In this document: positions 18,000-27,983 of the stretch, one piece after another
How positions within the stretch are numbered: the stretch's first letter is position 1
Layout: each line of letters begins with the position of its first letter
Source: Candidatus Palauibacter sp.
GTDB taxonomy: Bacteria; Gemmatimonadota; Gemmatimonadetes; Palauibacterales; Palauibacteraceae
Length of the DNA: 64,000 nucleotides
NCBI RefSeq assembly: GCF_965221685.1
Contig: NZ_OZ244907.1
Reading direction: 5' to 3' (one strand)
Notes under the pieces: model-generated
Told to the model about the DNA's origin: nothing
Seen by the model: the letters and a program-made list of their open reading frames with translations, nothing else
Database searches by the model: none
Translations under genes and position numbers: made by a program

Positions 18000-19444
18000 G
18001 CGACGTCTTCTTCGTCGTGCTCGGCGTGTACGTGGCGATCATCATGGGCATCGCGATCTGGAGCTACTTCCGGACCGAGACCGAAGTCGACTTCCTCGCC
18101 GCCGGCCGCTCGATCGGCCCCATCGTCGGCGGCGCCGTCCTGGCCGCCACGCAGATCTCCGCCGGCACCTTCGTCGGCACTGCGGGCCGCCACTACCTCG
18201 CCGGCGTCTCCTGGGTCTTCCCGTGGCTCGGCCTGTGGACGGGGTGGCTCGTGTGCGCCTTCTTCGTCGCCCCGAAACTGCGGCGGCTCGGCGCGCTCAC
18301 CGTCCCCGACTACATCTCCGCCCGCTACGGCAGCCCCAAGGCCGGCGCGCTCGCGGGCATCCTCATCGTCGTCGCCTACACGATCTATCTCGTGGCGCAG
18401 TTCCAGGCGGGCGGCGAGATCGCGGAGGTCGTGTTCGGGATCCGCCCGCTCACGGCGATGCTCATCATCGTCGCCTCGACCGCGCTCTACACGCTTCTCG
18501 GCGGCGTCCGGTCCAGTTCCTACATCGATTTCCTGCAGACGCTGATCATGGTCGCGGCGCTGATCGTCGCGGTGCCCGTCCTCCTCAACCAGGTGGGCGG
18601 CGGCAGCCCGGTGGCGGCGGTCGAGCGGTCGCTCGACTTCCTCGACACGCTCGACGACCGTCTCGTGGGCTGGTACTACTCGCCGCGCGAACTCCTCGCC
18701 TTCGCGATCGCGTTCGGACTCTCCATCGCGGCGGCGCCGTACGAACTCACCCGCTTCTACTCGATGCGCGACGAGGGCACGGTGCGGAAGGCGATCTTCG
18801 TCGCGATCGGCTTCCAGGTCGTGATCGCGACGAGCATCATGTCCATCGGCATGCTCATGCGGGTGCTGTTCCCGAACCTTCCCTCACAGGATCAGGCCAC
18901 CGCCACCATGGCGCTGCACGTCCTGCCGCCCGTGGTCGGCGCGCTGCTGCTGGTCGCCATGCTGTCGGCGATCATGTCCACCGTGAACTCGATCCTCCTC
19001 GTCACCGGCGCGGGCGTGGCCCACGACCTGTACGGGAAGTTCATCCGGCCCGACGCGAGCCAGAAGCACCTCGTGAACGCGAACCGGGTGGCGATCGTCG
19101 TCCTCTCTCTCATCCCCCTCTTCTTCGCGCTGCAGAAGCTGGGGGATGTCCAGGGCATCGTCCTCGAGCAGGCGAAGTTCATCGCCTCCTTCTTCTTCGT
19201 CCCCATCGTCATCGGCCTCAACTGGCGGCGGGGGACGGCGAAGGGCGCGGTCGCCTCCATGATCGGGGGTTTCCTCGCCTGCCTCGTGTGGACGCTCTGG
19301 TTCCAGGAACACTATTTCCCTCTCTACGGGATAGATTCCGTCGAACTCGGCGTCGGTGCGAGCCTGATTCTCTTCATCATGGTTTCGCTGATGACGAAAC
19401 CGAATCCGGGCCAGACGCTGGAACCGTTCTTCGGGGACAAGTGA
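17996..19444 (+). CDS. sodium:solute symporter (SSS) family transporter
   Basis: Multi-TM protein with typical SSS blocks (GRSIGPIVGGAVLAATQISAGTFVG). 482 aa. Confidence 0.85.
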   Translation: MSDVFFVVLGVYVAIIMGIAIWSYFRTETEVDFLAAGRSIGPIVGGAVLAATQISAGTFVGTAGRHYLAGVSWVFPWLGLWTGWLVCAFFVAPKLRRLGALTVPDYISARYGSPKAGALAGILIVVAYTIYLVAQFQAGGEIAEVVFGIRPLTAMLIIVASTALYTLLGGVRSSSYIDFLQTLIMVAALIVAVPVLLNQVGGGSPVAAVERSLDFLDTLDDRLVGWYYSPRELLAFAIAFGLSIAAAPYELTRFYSMRDEGTVRKAIFVAIGFQVVIATSIMSIGMLMRVLFPNLPSQDQATATMALHVLPPVVGALLLVAMLSAIMSTVNSILLVTGAGVAHDLYGKFIRPDASQKHLVNANRVAIVVLSLIPLFFALQKLGDVQGIVLEQAKFIASFFFVPIVIGLNWRRGTAKGAVASMIGGFLACLVWTLWFQEHYFPLYGIDSVELGVGASLILFIMVSLMTKPNPGQTLEPFFGDK

Positions 19445-19496
19445 CCCGCGGACCGCGGCCTCGCCCGCGGGTCGACCAACGACAGGGAGACTTCGA

Positions 19497-20276
19497 ATGT
19501 CGGACGTACTGAACCGCCTCGTGGAGGAGTTGAACGAGGGCACCGTCCGGGTGGTGGATCTCACGATCCCTCTCGGCCCCGATACGGTCGTCATCGATCT
19601 CCCTCCGATGTTCGCGCCGTCGAAGGGAGTGACGATCGAGCAGATCTCGAGGTATGACGACGACGGGCCGGCCTGGTACTGGAACAACCTCACGCTCGGC
19701 GAGCACACCGGCACGCACTTCGACGCCCCGATCCACTGGGTGACGGGGAAGGATGTCCCCGACGGGACGACGGACACGATCCCGCCAGGGAAGTTCGTCG
19801 GCCCGGCGTGCGTCATCGACGTGGAGGCGGAGGTGAACGCGGATCCCGACTTCCTGCTCACTCCCGCCGGGCTCGAGGCGTGGGAGTCGGAGCACGGACG
19901 CGTGCCCGAGGGCGCCTGGGTCTTCCTGCGCACCGGGTGGAGCCGGAGGGAAGGCAAGGAGGCCTTTCTCAACGTGTCGGACGATGGCCCGCACTCGCCG
20001 GGCTTTCACCAGGAAACTTCGGCCCTGCTGGCCCACGACCGCGCGGTGCTCGGGGTCGGAGTGGAGACGGTCGGCACCGACGCGGGCCAGGCGGGAGGGT
20101 TCGATCCGCCGTTCCCGAACCACGGGATCATGCACGGGGCGGGGAGGTTCGGCCTCGCGAGCCTGTGCAACCTCGACCGGCTGCCCCCGACGGGCGCCAT
20201 CGCGATCGCCGCGCCGCTGAAGATCGTGGGCGGCAGCGGGAGCCCGCTGCGCGTGATCGCACTGGCTCCGGTGTAG
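19497..20276 (+). CDS. cyclase-family protein (kynurenine formamidase-like)
   Basis: GEHTGTHFDAPIHW metal-binding motif. 259 aa. Confidence 0.8.
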   Translation: MSDVLNRLVEELNEGTVRVVDLTIPLGPDTVVIDLPPMFAPSKGVTIEQISRYDDDGPAWYWNNLTLGEHTGTHFDAPIHWVTGKDVPDGTTDTIPPGKFVGPACVIDVEAEVNADPDFLLTPAGLEAWESEHGRVPEGAWVFLRTGWSRREGKEAFLNVSDDGPHSPGFHQETSALLAHDRAVLGVGVETVGTDAGQAGGFDPPFPNHGIMHGAGRFGLASLCNLDRLPPTGAIAIAAPLKIVGGSGSPLRVIALAPV

Positions 20277-20297
20277 CGGGCGGGGGAGGAATCCGCG

Positions 20298-21116
20298 ATG
20301 GACGCCGAGCGGCAGCGGTCCGCTTATCGAGAACTCCTGACCGCGCTGGACGAAGCGATCTTCTGGCTGGCGCGCGTGCCCGCCACCCCCCATGACTCCG
20401 GCGCCGAGCGGCAGGGGACGTTTCGGCTCGGAGAGGCGGGCGGGATCGCCTTCTCGGCCCACTTCCCGGGCATGGACTCGGAGGCGCTGTTCGACGACAT
20501 CTCCGATGCGGTGGAGACGGACGATCTGGACGCGGTGCGTCGAGTCCGGAGCCTGATCGAATCGAGGCTGCGGGGGGAAGACGACGGGACCGGGGGCGAG
20601 AAGACGGCGGGCGATGCGTTCGACTGGGACGCGGGCTACCTGCAGATCCTCGGCGTCGTGAACGAGACGCGGCGTGCCCGGGACGACGGAGACGCGCATC
20701 GATACTGGATCATGGCGGGTTTCCTGGCCGGCCTCCTGCATTGGGACGAGCGACCCGGGGAGCACGAGCCGGGAGAGCTCCACGACACCGTGATTTCCGC
20801 CACGAGCGACGGCTGGGGGGAGAACCTGTGGCTGGAGTGGGAGGCGCTCCGGGACGAGTGGCTGGCCCGCCACGCGCCGGAGGCGCCGGAGGATCCGGAA
20901 CTCCTCTTCAGCTGGGTGGGCCTCCGCCTCGCCGCCGCCGACGTGGTGACCGACTCGCTCTCTTCCCGCGGCGCCCGGCGGCCGAGCGACGAAGAGTCCG
21001 ACCCGGAGTCGGAAGAGGCTTGCTTCCTCCGGTGCGAACGCTCGACGTGGCGCGCACAGCACTTCGGCCGGAGACTCGCCGACCCTCGCGCCGGGGGAGG
21101 CGGTCGCGGGGCATGA
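20298..21116 (+). CDS. acidic hypothetical protein, paralog 1 of tandem pair
   Basis: Clear similarity to the next gene over ~150 aa: YRELLTALDEAI...FRLGEAGGIAFSAHFPGMDSEALFDDISDAVE vs YRKILKALDEAV...FHLGSAGGLAFADFLPGIESEALFDDISDAAE. Confidence 0.55.
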   Translation: MDAERQRSAYRELLTALDEAIFWLARVPATPHDSGAERQGTFRLGEAGGIAFSAHFPGMDSEALFDDISDAVETDDLDAVRRVRSLIESRLRGEDDGTGGEKTAGDAFDWDAGYLQILGVVNETRRARDDGDAHRYWIMAGFLAGLLHWDERPGEHEPGELHDTVISATSDGWGENLWLEWEALRDEWLARHAPEAPEDPELLFSWVGLRLAAADVVTDSLSSRGARRPSDEESDPESEEACFLRCERSTWRAQHFGRRLADPRAGGGGRGA

Positions 21117-22048
21117 ACGGATCGGGCGCGGCCGAGCGGCGGATGTCGACGTACCGAAAGATCCTGAAGGCGCTGGACGAAGCCGTCTCCCGGCTGGAGC
21201 GGATTCCCGCCGAGGGTCGCGACGAGGACGATGCCGAGCGCTCGGGAGCGTTCCACCTCGGGTCGGCCGGCGGGCTTGCTTTCGCCGATTTCCTGCCGGG
21301 AATCGAGTCCGAGGCCCTCTTCGATGACATCTCCGACGCCGCAGAGGAACGGGACTTGGGCCAGGTCGACCGGATCCGGCGGAGCGTTGCCGCGAGGCTT
21401 CGGTCGGACCGGCCGCCGAACGGAAGTGCGGGCGGCGAGGGCGGTCTCGGCTGGGAGGCCGGATTCCTTCAGATGCTCGCCGCCCTGAACGAAGCACGCC
21501 GGGCCTGGAGGGAGGGGGACCGGTTCCGCCACTCGCTCATGCTCGGTTTTCTCGCCGGTCACCTGCGCGGGTGTTGGCACAGGGAGTACAGGATGGGTCC
21601 CTTGAGCGACGCGGTGATCGCGGTCCATGACCGAGACCCGCGCAGGGCGGCGAGATGGGTGGAGGCGGAGTCGATCGACGAAGATCATCTCGTACTCGCC
21701 GTCACCGAGCGAGACACGGCCGAGACGGGGCGGGATGGGCCGGAAGCCGCTGACGCGCGGGCGCTCCTCCTGCGTTGGTTGGGGCATCGGCTGGCCGCCG
21801 CACACCGATTCAGCGAGCCGCTCTGGGTCAGGGTGGAGGGCGAGACCGAGGACCAACGCCGGAGGCGGGAGGCCAGCGAGAGGGCTTACTTCGAGCGGGA
21901 GGAGATCTCCATCCGGCGCGCCGGGAACTTCGGCAAGCGGATTCACGCCGAAGATACCGAGGAGATCTCCGTGCCGATGGGCTACGCCTTGAACCGTGCT
22001 CTGGTGCTCCGAAGTCACAAGGGAGGCGGTCTGGCCATCGACGGATGA
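21113..22048 (+). CDS. acidic hypothetical protein, paralog 2 of tandem pair
   Basis: ATGA overlap with paralog 1; shared conserved blocks (see the previous feature). 311 aa. Confidence 0.55.
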   Translation: MNGSGAAERRMSTYRKILKALDEAVSRLERIPAEGRDEDDAERSGAFHLGSAGGLAFADFLPGIESEALFDDISDAAEERDLGQVDRIRRSVAARLRSDRPPNGSAGGEGGLGWEAGFLQMLAALNEARRAWREGDRFRHSLMLGFLAGHLRGCWHREYRMGPLSDAVIAVHDRDPRRAARWVEAESIDEDHLVLAVTERDTAETGRDGPEAADARALLLRWLGHRLAAAHRFSEPLWVRVEGETEDQRRRREASERAYFEREEISIRRAGNFGKRIHAEDTEEISVPMGYALNRALVLRSHKGGGLAIDG

Positions 22049-22452
22049 GCGGCCAAGGTTCAGGAATCGGCCCGGGGCCGAACCACGTACTCCAACGCGA
22101 GGAGCCTCCAGTGGCGAACAACGGAAACGCAGGCAAGGCCGTCAAGGTGGCGTCGATTCTGCTCGCGCTGCTCTTCCTCCTGAACGGCGGGATGAAGGTC
22201 GCCGGGATGATGGTCGACCAGTTTGCGCTGTGGGGCTACCCGGCGTGGTTCCAGTACCTGATCGGCGTCGTGGAGGCGCTGGCGGGAGTCGGATTCCTGC
22301 TCGGCAGGACCCGATTCATGGCGGCCGTCGTCGTGATCCCGATCATGTTGGGCGCGATGTACACCCTCGTGAGGGCGGGTACGGCGCCCCAGGCCGCGGT
22401 GCCGACCGTGGCGATGCTCCTCGCGCTCTTCGTCGCGAAGAAGTCGCGGTAG
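22045..22452 (+). CDS. DoxX-family membrane protein
   Basis: ATGA overlap with the upstream gene. KVASILLALLFLLNGGMKVAG...GVVEALAGVGFLLG is the DoxX pattern. Confidence 0.65.
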   Translation: MSGQGSGIGPGPNHVLQREEPPVANNGNAGKAVKVASILLALLFLLNGGMKVAGMMVDQFALWGYPAWFQYLIGVVEALAGVGFLLGRTRFMAAVVVIPIMLGAMYTLVRAGTAPQAAVPTVAMLLALFVAKKSR

Positions 22453-22459
22453 GAGGAGG

Positions 22460-23800
22460 TCAGCCGCCTTCGGCGGTCTCCAGCAGCTGGTCGCCCACGA
22501 GGCGGACGACGCGGACGCGCTGGACGCCGAGTTCATCAGCGTCGATGTAGGCCAGCAGGCCGTGCGGGCCGAAGGCGGCGGGGATCCGGAGCGCGTCTGG
22601 GGCGATCGTGCCGAAATACTGGCCATCGGGGGTAAGGATGTCTGTCGGGCCGGGCTCGCCCGGCAGCGCGGAACGCTGGACCCAGATCCGGTCGCTCCAG
22701 TCCACGGCCAGATTCCTGATCACCGGCATCTCCTCCGGGAACATCAGGTCCTGGATCTGGTCCTCCTGCATCCTCCGCATGGCTTCCCGCATCGCCTCCG
22801 AGTCCATGGGGTTCCCGCGGCCGGCCGTTCCGCCGACCGAAACCGTGCTTGAGATGATGAAGCTGCCGCCCGCTCCTCCGCTTCCGCCTTCGGCCAGCGC
22901 CGCCAACCGGTGCTCGCGCTCGGCATCCCGGATCTCGTCGGTGACGGCGACCGGTGGGATGGGTCGCTCCAGCGTAGCGGTCACCTGCCCGGAGGCGTCG
23001 AGGATCTTGATGCGATAGCCCACGGAATCGGCCAGGGCGACGCGACCATCCCGGAGCACGCCGAAGCTCAGGGGGAGGGGGAACGCTTCCATGCCCGACA
23101 TGACCATTAGAACGTTGCCGGCCTGCGTCTCCGTCTCCGTCTCCTCGACGGATGGCCCCGGCCAGGCCGCGTGGAACACGTCGTGCGTCCCATCGAGCCG
23201 GTACCGGCGGATCGGGCGACCTTCCGGTTCGGCGTCGTCTCCACCGAGCAGGCGTGATAGCGACCCACCGATGAGTTCGGCCGAGAGGATCGTGCCGTCC
23301 GGCAACGCGTAGATCGGAGAGCCGGGAGCCCCGTCCGTCATGTTGAACGTGGCCGCCCCGAGGAACTCGCCGTCCCGGCCGAAGAACTGGATGCCCCTCG
23401 TGAGGTCGTTCACGCCGATGCCGCCGTCAGGGAATACCGCCATCCCGATCGGCTGGCTGAGTTCCCCGGGACCCTCGCCCTTGTTGGAGATCGTGCGGAC
23501 GAACTGGCCGGCACGGTCAACCGCCACGACGCGCCCGGCGTCCATGTCGAGAATGAACAGCGTGCCGTCCTCGCCGAAGGCGACACCGGCCACGCTGCCG
23601 AACATCTCCCACTCGGCCCCGTCCAGCACGCCGACGGTGTAGACCTCCTCCACGCCGGGCGCGAGGGAGATGTCGGGGCTGTCGAGTCCCGCGGCGGCCG
23701 ATCCGGCGTCTCCTGACCGGGCGTCTCCCCCGCATCCGGCGGCCATGAGAAGGAGGGCGAGCAGGACGAGGTGACGCGTACGGCAAGGAATCTTGCGCAT
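22460..23800 (-). CDS. beta-propeller (NHL/6-bladed-like) lipoprotein
   Basis: Lipobox LLLMAAGCGG; repeated G-rich propeller blades. The upstream part of the ORF is noise. Confidence 0.55.
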   Translation of the reverse strand: MRKIPCRTRHLVLLALLLMAAGCGGDARSGDAGSAAAGLDSPDISLAPGVEEVYTVGVLDGAEWEMFGSVAGVAFGEDGTLFILDMDAGRVVAVDRAGQFVRTISNKGEGPGELSQPIGMAVFPDGGIGVNDLTRGIQFFGRDGEFLGAATFNMTDGAPGSPIYALPDGTILSAELIGGSLSRLLGGDDAEPEGRPIRRYRLDGTHDVFHAAWPGPSVEETETETQAGNVLMVMSGMEAFPLPLSFGVLRDGRVALADSVGYRIKILDASGQVTATLERPIPPVAVTDEIRDAEREHRLAALAEGGSGGAGGSFIISSTVSVGGTAGRGNPMDSEAMREAMRRMQEDQIQDLMFPEEMPVIRNLAVDWSDRIWVQRSALPGEPGPTDILTPDGQYFGTIAPDALRIPAAFGPHGLLAYIDADELGVQRVRVVRLVGDQLLETAEGG

Positions 23801-23939
23801 GAGGTTCCCCCAGGGTGAAGCGGGCGACAGCGGCCACGCACCGGCCTGACGCCGCCTGTGACAGTGGAGAACGCGGCCAAGGTTGCCCGCCGGCCCCGGA
23901 GTCCCCCCGCAAGTCCGCAACCGATCCGGCCGCCAGCCG

Positions 23940-24782
23940 CTACCTCCCGAGGCGCAGTCCGGGGATGAGCGCGGGCGTGGTGGCCTGGTAGTCGCGATAC
24001 GCGGGGTACTTCGAGGCGGAGATCTTTTCGGTGAGGCGCATCGACGGAATGAGCAGCGCGGTGAGCAGGATGAACCCGAGCCCCGTCCAGTGGAGCCACA
24101 CCCCCGACGCTGCGACGCCGAAGAGATAGAACACCCACCACATGCCCAGTTCACAGAAGTAGTTGGGGTGGCGGGAGTACCGGTACAGTCCGGACGTGAG
24201 GAACGGCCGCGTGACCTCCTCCCCCGCCGCGATCCGGCGTTTCTTGTCCTGCTGGAAGCGCCACATCTGCTCGTCGGCCACGGTCTCGCCGGCGAGCAGC
24301 ACGAGGAACACGGCAGCGGTCGCGTAGTCCAGCCACCCGAGCGGGGCCGCGATCCACACGCTCGCCTGATGCACGGGCGACGTGAACAGCCAGATCAGCA
24401 GCATCTGCCCGAAGCTGATGAAGGTGAGGTTCATCACCTGCATGGCGAACGGTCCCGTCTTCTCCCGGACGGCGGTCCAGCGATAGTCCTCGCCGCCCGG
24501 CTGGTATCCTCCCTTGCGCGCGAAGTTGAAGGTCAGGCGCGCGCCCCAGAGGACGACGAGCGCCGTCATGAGGTTCACGCGAGGGGAGGCGAAGTCCGTC
24601 CCGGCGGCGACGATGAGACAGTAAACCCCCGGACAGATCGACCACAGGCGGTCGATCCACGAGTACTCGCGCGTGACGGCCCCCAGCAGCCATACCAGCG
24701 CCGCAAGGATCAGGCACAGATCGAGCGCCGTCCCGAAGGGCGTCCCCGCCAGCGGATGCGCGATGAGATTGATGTCGAACAT
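23940..24782 (-). CDS. DUF1295 / steroid-5-alpha-reductase-like membrane protein
   Basis: Multi-TM protein; C-terminal RHPNYFCE motif typical of the ICMT/DUF1295 family. Confidence 0.7.
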   Translation of the reverse strand: MFDINLIAHPLAGTPFGTALDLCLILAALVWLLGAVTREYSWIDRLWSICPGVYCLIVAAGTDFASPRVNLMTALVVLWGARLTFNFARKGGYQPGGEDYRWTAVREKTGPFAMQVMNLTFISFGQMLLIWLFTSPVHQASVWIAAPLGWLDYATAAVFLVLLAGETVADEQMWRFQQDKKRRIAAGEEVTRPFLTSGLYRYSRHPNYFCELGMWWVFYLFGVAASGVWLHWTGLGFILLTALLIPSMRLTEKISASKYPAYRDYQATTPALIPGLRLGR

Positions 24783-24790
24783 GCGCTACC

Positions 24791-27700
24791 TCAGGTCGCG
24801 GTCAGCCTCCTGACCAGGGTCTGCAACCAGTCGCCGACCTCCCTGACCTCCTCGCGGAGTTCCTCGTGGCGCTCGTATGCGTCGGCGCCCGGCGCCTGGT
24901 CGGCCCGCCCGGTCATGCCGGCGAGATAGTTGAGCTGGCTGAGGAGCATGGGGCGCGGATAGCTGCCCGCCGCGTCGTTCACGCGAGCGTCGAGTTCGGC
25001 GAGTTCCGCGGCGAGTTCGTCGAGCGTCTCGTTGCGGCCGCCGCCGGCGTCCGCGCGCGCCTCCCCGATCTGATCGCGCAGGTCGTCGATGCCGTCCGCG
25101 ACCTCACGGGCGTCCGCCATCGTCTCGCGCACGGCGAGGTTGAACCGGTACTGCTCCTCGAGGTCGGCGACGGTCACGCCCTCCGCCGCCACCCGCGGGT
25201 CGATCCGCAGTTCGAGCCCGGTCTCGGTCGTCACGTCGCCCGCCGAGAGGCGGACCGTATACTCGCCCGGCGGCACGATCGGCCCGCCGCGGCCCTCGCC
25301 CTGCGAACGCATGTCCCAGCGCAGCCGGTGCACGCCCGGCGCCGACGAGACGCCTCGCATGGGCCCGCCGCGCGGCGCCATGCGCTGCATCGCCGGTCCC
25401 CCCGCCCGAGCCGCACCGCCGCCCCCGCCGCTCGCGTAGGAGCGGATCACGTCGCCGCCCGCGTCGAGGATCTCGATCCGCACCGTCTCGTCGGGTCCCA
25501 GATCCGGCGAGATCCAGTAGTTGATGTCCGCACCCGCGCCGCGATAGTCCGGCCGCGCCGTATTCGAGGCCCATTCGAAGCCCGAGTTCCGTCCGGGCCG
25601 CGTGCGGTACTGCGGCCGTCCCTCGAACAGGTGGGCCCCGCCTCCCGCCGCGACCGACCCGTCCGCGCCGATCTCGTGCAACGGCGTGACATCGTCCAGC
25701 ACCCAGAACCCCCGGCCCATCGTCGAGAGCGCGAGATCCTGCCGGTACACCTCGATGTCCGTCACGGGCGTCAACGGGAGATCGAGTTGGAAGGACTGCC
25801 ACGTCGCCCCGTCGTCGAAGGAGATGAAGAGCCCGAACTCCGTCCCCGCATACAGGAGCCCCGCGCGGTCCGGATCCTCGCGCACGACCCGCACGGGCAC
25901 GTCCGCCGGGATCCCGTTCGTCCCGTCGGTGAGAAGCGTCCACGTCTCGCCCGCGTCATCCGTCCGGTAGACGTAGGGGCTGAAGTCGCCGAGCAGGAAG
26001 CGGTACCCCGCCACGTACACCCTGTCCGGATCGTGCCTGGAGATGTCGATCGAGTTGATGCGACCCTCCGGCGGCATGTCCGCCGGCGTCACGTTCTCCC
26101 AGGACGCCCCGCCATCCAGCGTGACGTACACCGGGCCATCGTTCGCCCCCGTCCAGATCACGTCGGGGTCGTGGGGCGAGGCCTCGATCACGTAGAGCGT
26201 GGAATAGTGCTCCTCGCCCGTCGCGTCGCGCGTGATCGGCGCGCCAGACACCATCTGCCGGTCCGGGCGGAACGCGGTCAGGTCCGGCGAGATCCGCTCC
26301 CACGTGCGACCCCCGTCGCTCGTGCGGTGCACGTACTGCGAGCCGTGATAGACGAGGTTCGGGTCGTGCGGCGAGACCTCGATGGGCACGACGCGCTGGA
26401 AGCGGTAGGGGAGGTTGGCGGGGTTCGTGCCGTACATGTTCACCGCGCCGACGTAGTACTGCTGCTCCTGCCCGGTGCGCTGGTTGTAGACGCCGAAGCG
26501 CCCCTTGCAGTTCGCGTACACGACGTCGGGATCGCCCGGCTTCGGCACGGCGGGACCCGTCTCGCACCCGCCCGGCGAGCGCCAGTACGCGTCCGGACCG
26601 CCCGGCGCGGAGACCGACGGCTGACGGCTCGGCACCGCGACCGTGAAGGCGTCATCCTGCTGTCCCGCATAGAGCCAGTACGGGAAGCGGTCGTCCACAT
26701 CGACCTGGTAGAGTTCGGCCGTGGGCTGGTTGTTGACCGGCGACCACGTCTGCCCGCCATCCAGCGTCACGACTCCGCCGCCGTCGCTCCCGTGTACCAT
26801 GATCCGCGAGTCGTCCGGGTTGATCCACAGATCGTGGTCATCCCCGTGGACATTCGGGATCGTGCTGAAGGTCCGCCCCCCGTCCGTCGACTTCCAGGTG
26901 GACAGATTGAGGACATAGACCACGTCCCCGTCCGTCGGGTCCGCGATCACGTTCGCGAAGTAGAAGGGCCGGTGCATGAGCTGATTCCGCGGGTCGTCGT
27001 TGATCAGCTCCCACGTCTCGCCCGCGTCGTCCGAGCGGTACAGGCCCTCGATCGGTTCGGGCGCCTCCACGAGCGCGTAGACCCGGTCGGGCATGTCCGC
27101 CGAGACGGAAAAGTCGACCTTGCCGATGAGACCATCCGGGAGCCCGGCCGTGATCCGCCGCCACGTGTCGCCCCCGTCCGTCGTCTTCCAGATCCCGTCT
27201 TCCTCGCTCGCCCCGGAGATGATCGACCAGGGACGCCGCTGCGCCCGCCACATCCCGGCGTAGATGACGTTGGGGTCCGCCGGATGAAACTCGAGATCCA
27301 CCGCCCCGACGGAGTCCGAGGTGAAGAGGATGCGCTCCCAGTCTAGGCCGCCGTTCGACGAGCGATAGACGCCCCGCGTCTCGTTGTTGATGAACGGGTT
27401 CCCCATCGCGGCCGCATAGACGAGGTCGGGATTGTCGGGGTGGGCCTTCACGGACGCGATCTGGCCCCCGTCCTCGAGTCCCACGTGGTCCCACGTTTCT
27501 CCCGCGTCCGTCGACTTATGGATGCCCTTCCCGATGATGATATTCGAGCGGATGCCGTCCGAGCCCGTCCCCACATAGATGATATTCGGGTCCGAGTCGG
27601 CCGCTTCGATATGTCCGATCGAGGGAGACCGGAAATATCCGTCGGAGATATTCTCCCACGTCATCCCGTAGTTCGTCGTCTTCCACACGCCGCCGCCGGT

Positions 27701-27970
27701 CGCTCCCTGGTAGAAGGTGTGGGGATGGGACCGATGGCCCTCGACGGCCGTGACCCGGCCGCCGCGCGAGGGGCCGACGAAGCGGAAGGAGAGGCCGCCG
27801 AAGAGACTTGGATCGACGGTGTCCGCAGCCGGGGCCGGGTTCCGGACGCCGGTGGGAAGTCCCCCCCCGCTCGCGCCATCCTGGGCGACGAGGGGCCCCG
27901 CGAGGGCCGCGACGGCGGCCAGAGGGGCGAGGACAGTTCGTGTTCTCGGCATCGGTGCGGGGAATCGCAT
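24791..27970 (-). CDS. BNR/sortilin (VPS10)-repeat secreted protein, glycosyl-hydrolase-like beta-propellers
   Basis: Signal MRFPAPMPRTRTVLAPLAAVAALAGPLVAQ. Many SxDxGxTW BNR motifs (STDAGETW, TTDGGDTW, SDDAGETW, STDGGRTF, TSDGGRTW, TLDGGASW). ~1059 aa. Confidence 0.75.
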   Translation of the reverse strand: MRFPAPMPRTRTVLAPLAAVAALAGPLVAQDGASGGGLPTGVRNPAPAADTVDPSLFGGLSFRFVGPSRGGRVTAVEGHRSHPHTFYQGATGGGVWKTTNYGMTWENISDGYFRSPSIGHIEAADSDPNIIYVGTGSDGIRSNIIIGKGIHKSTDAGETWDHVGLEDGGQIASVKAHPDNPDLVYAAAMGNPFINNETRGVYRSSNGGLDWERILFTSDSVGAVDLEFHPADPNVIYAGMWRAQRRPWSIISGASEEDGIWKTTDGGDTWRRITAGLPDGLIGKVDFSVSADMPDRVYALVEAPEPIEGLYRSDDAGETWELINDDPRNQLMHRPFYFANVIADPTDGDVVYVLNLSTWKSTDGGRTFSTIPNVHGDDHDLWINPDDSRIMVHGSDGGGVVTLDGGQTWSPVNNQPTAELYQVDVDDRFPYWLYAGQQDDAFTVAVPSRQPSVSAPGGPDAYWRSPGGCETGPAVPKPGDPDVVYANCKGRFGVYNQRTGQEQQYYVGAVNMYGTNPANLPYRFQRVVPIEVSPHDPNLVYHGSQYVHRTSDGGRTWERISPDLTAFRPDRQMVSGAPITRDATGEEHYSTLYVIEASPHDPDVIWTGANDGPVYVTLDGGASWENVTPADMPPEGRINSIDISRHDPDRVYVAGYRFLLGDFSPYVYRTDDAGETWTLLTDGTNGIPADVPVRVVREDPDRAGLLYAGTEFGLFISFDDGATWQSFQLDLPLTPVTDIEVYRQDLALSTMGRGFWVLDDVTPLHEIGADGSVAAGGGAHLFEGRPQYRTRPGRNSGFEWASNTARPDYRGAGADINYWISPDLGPDETVRIEILDAGGDVIRSYASGGGGGAARAGGPAMQRMAPRGGPMRGVSSAPGVHRLRWDMRSQGEGRGGPIVPPGEYTVRLSAGDVTTETGLELRIDPRVAAEGVTVADLEEQYRFNLAVRETMADAREVADGIDDLRDQIGEARADAGGGRNETLDELAAELAELDARVNDAAGSYPRPMLLSQLNYLAGMTGRADQAPGADAYERHEELREEVREVGDWLQTLVRRLTAT

Positions 27971-27983
27971 GCCTGCTCCTGAG

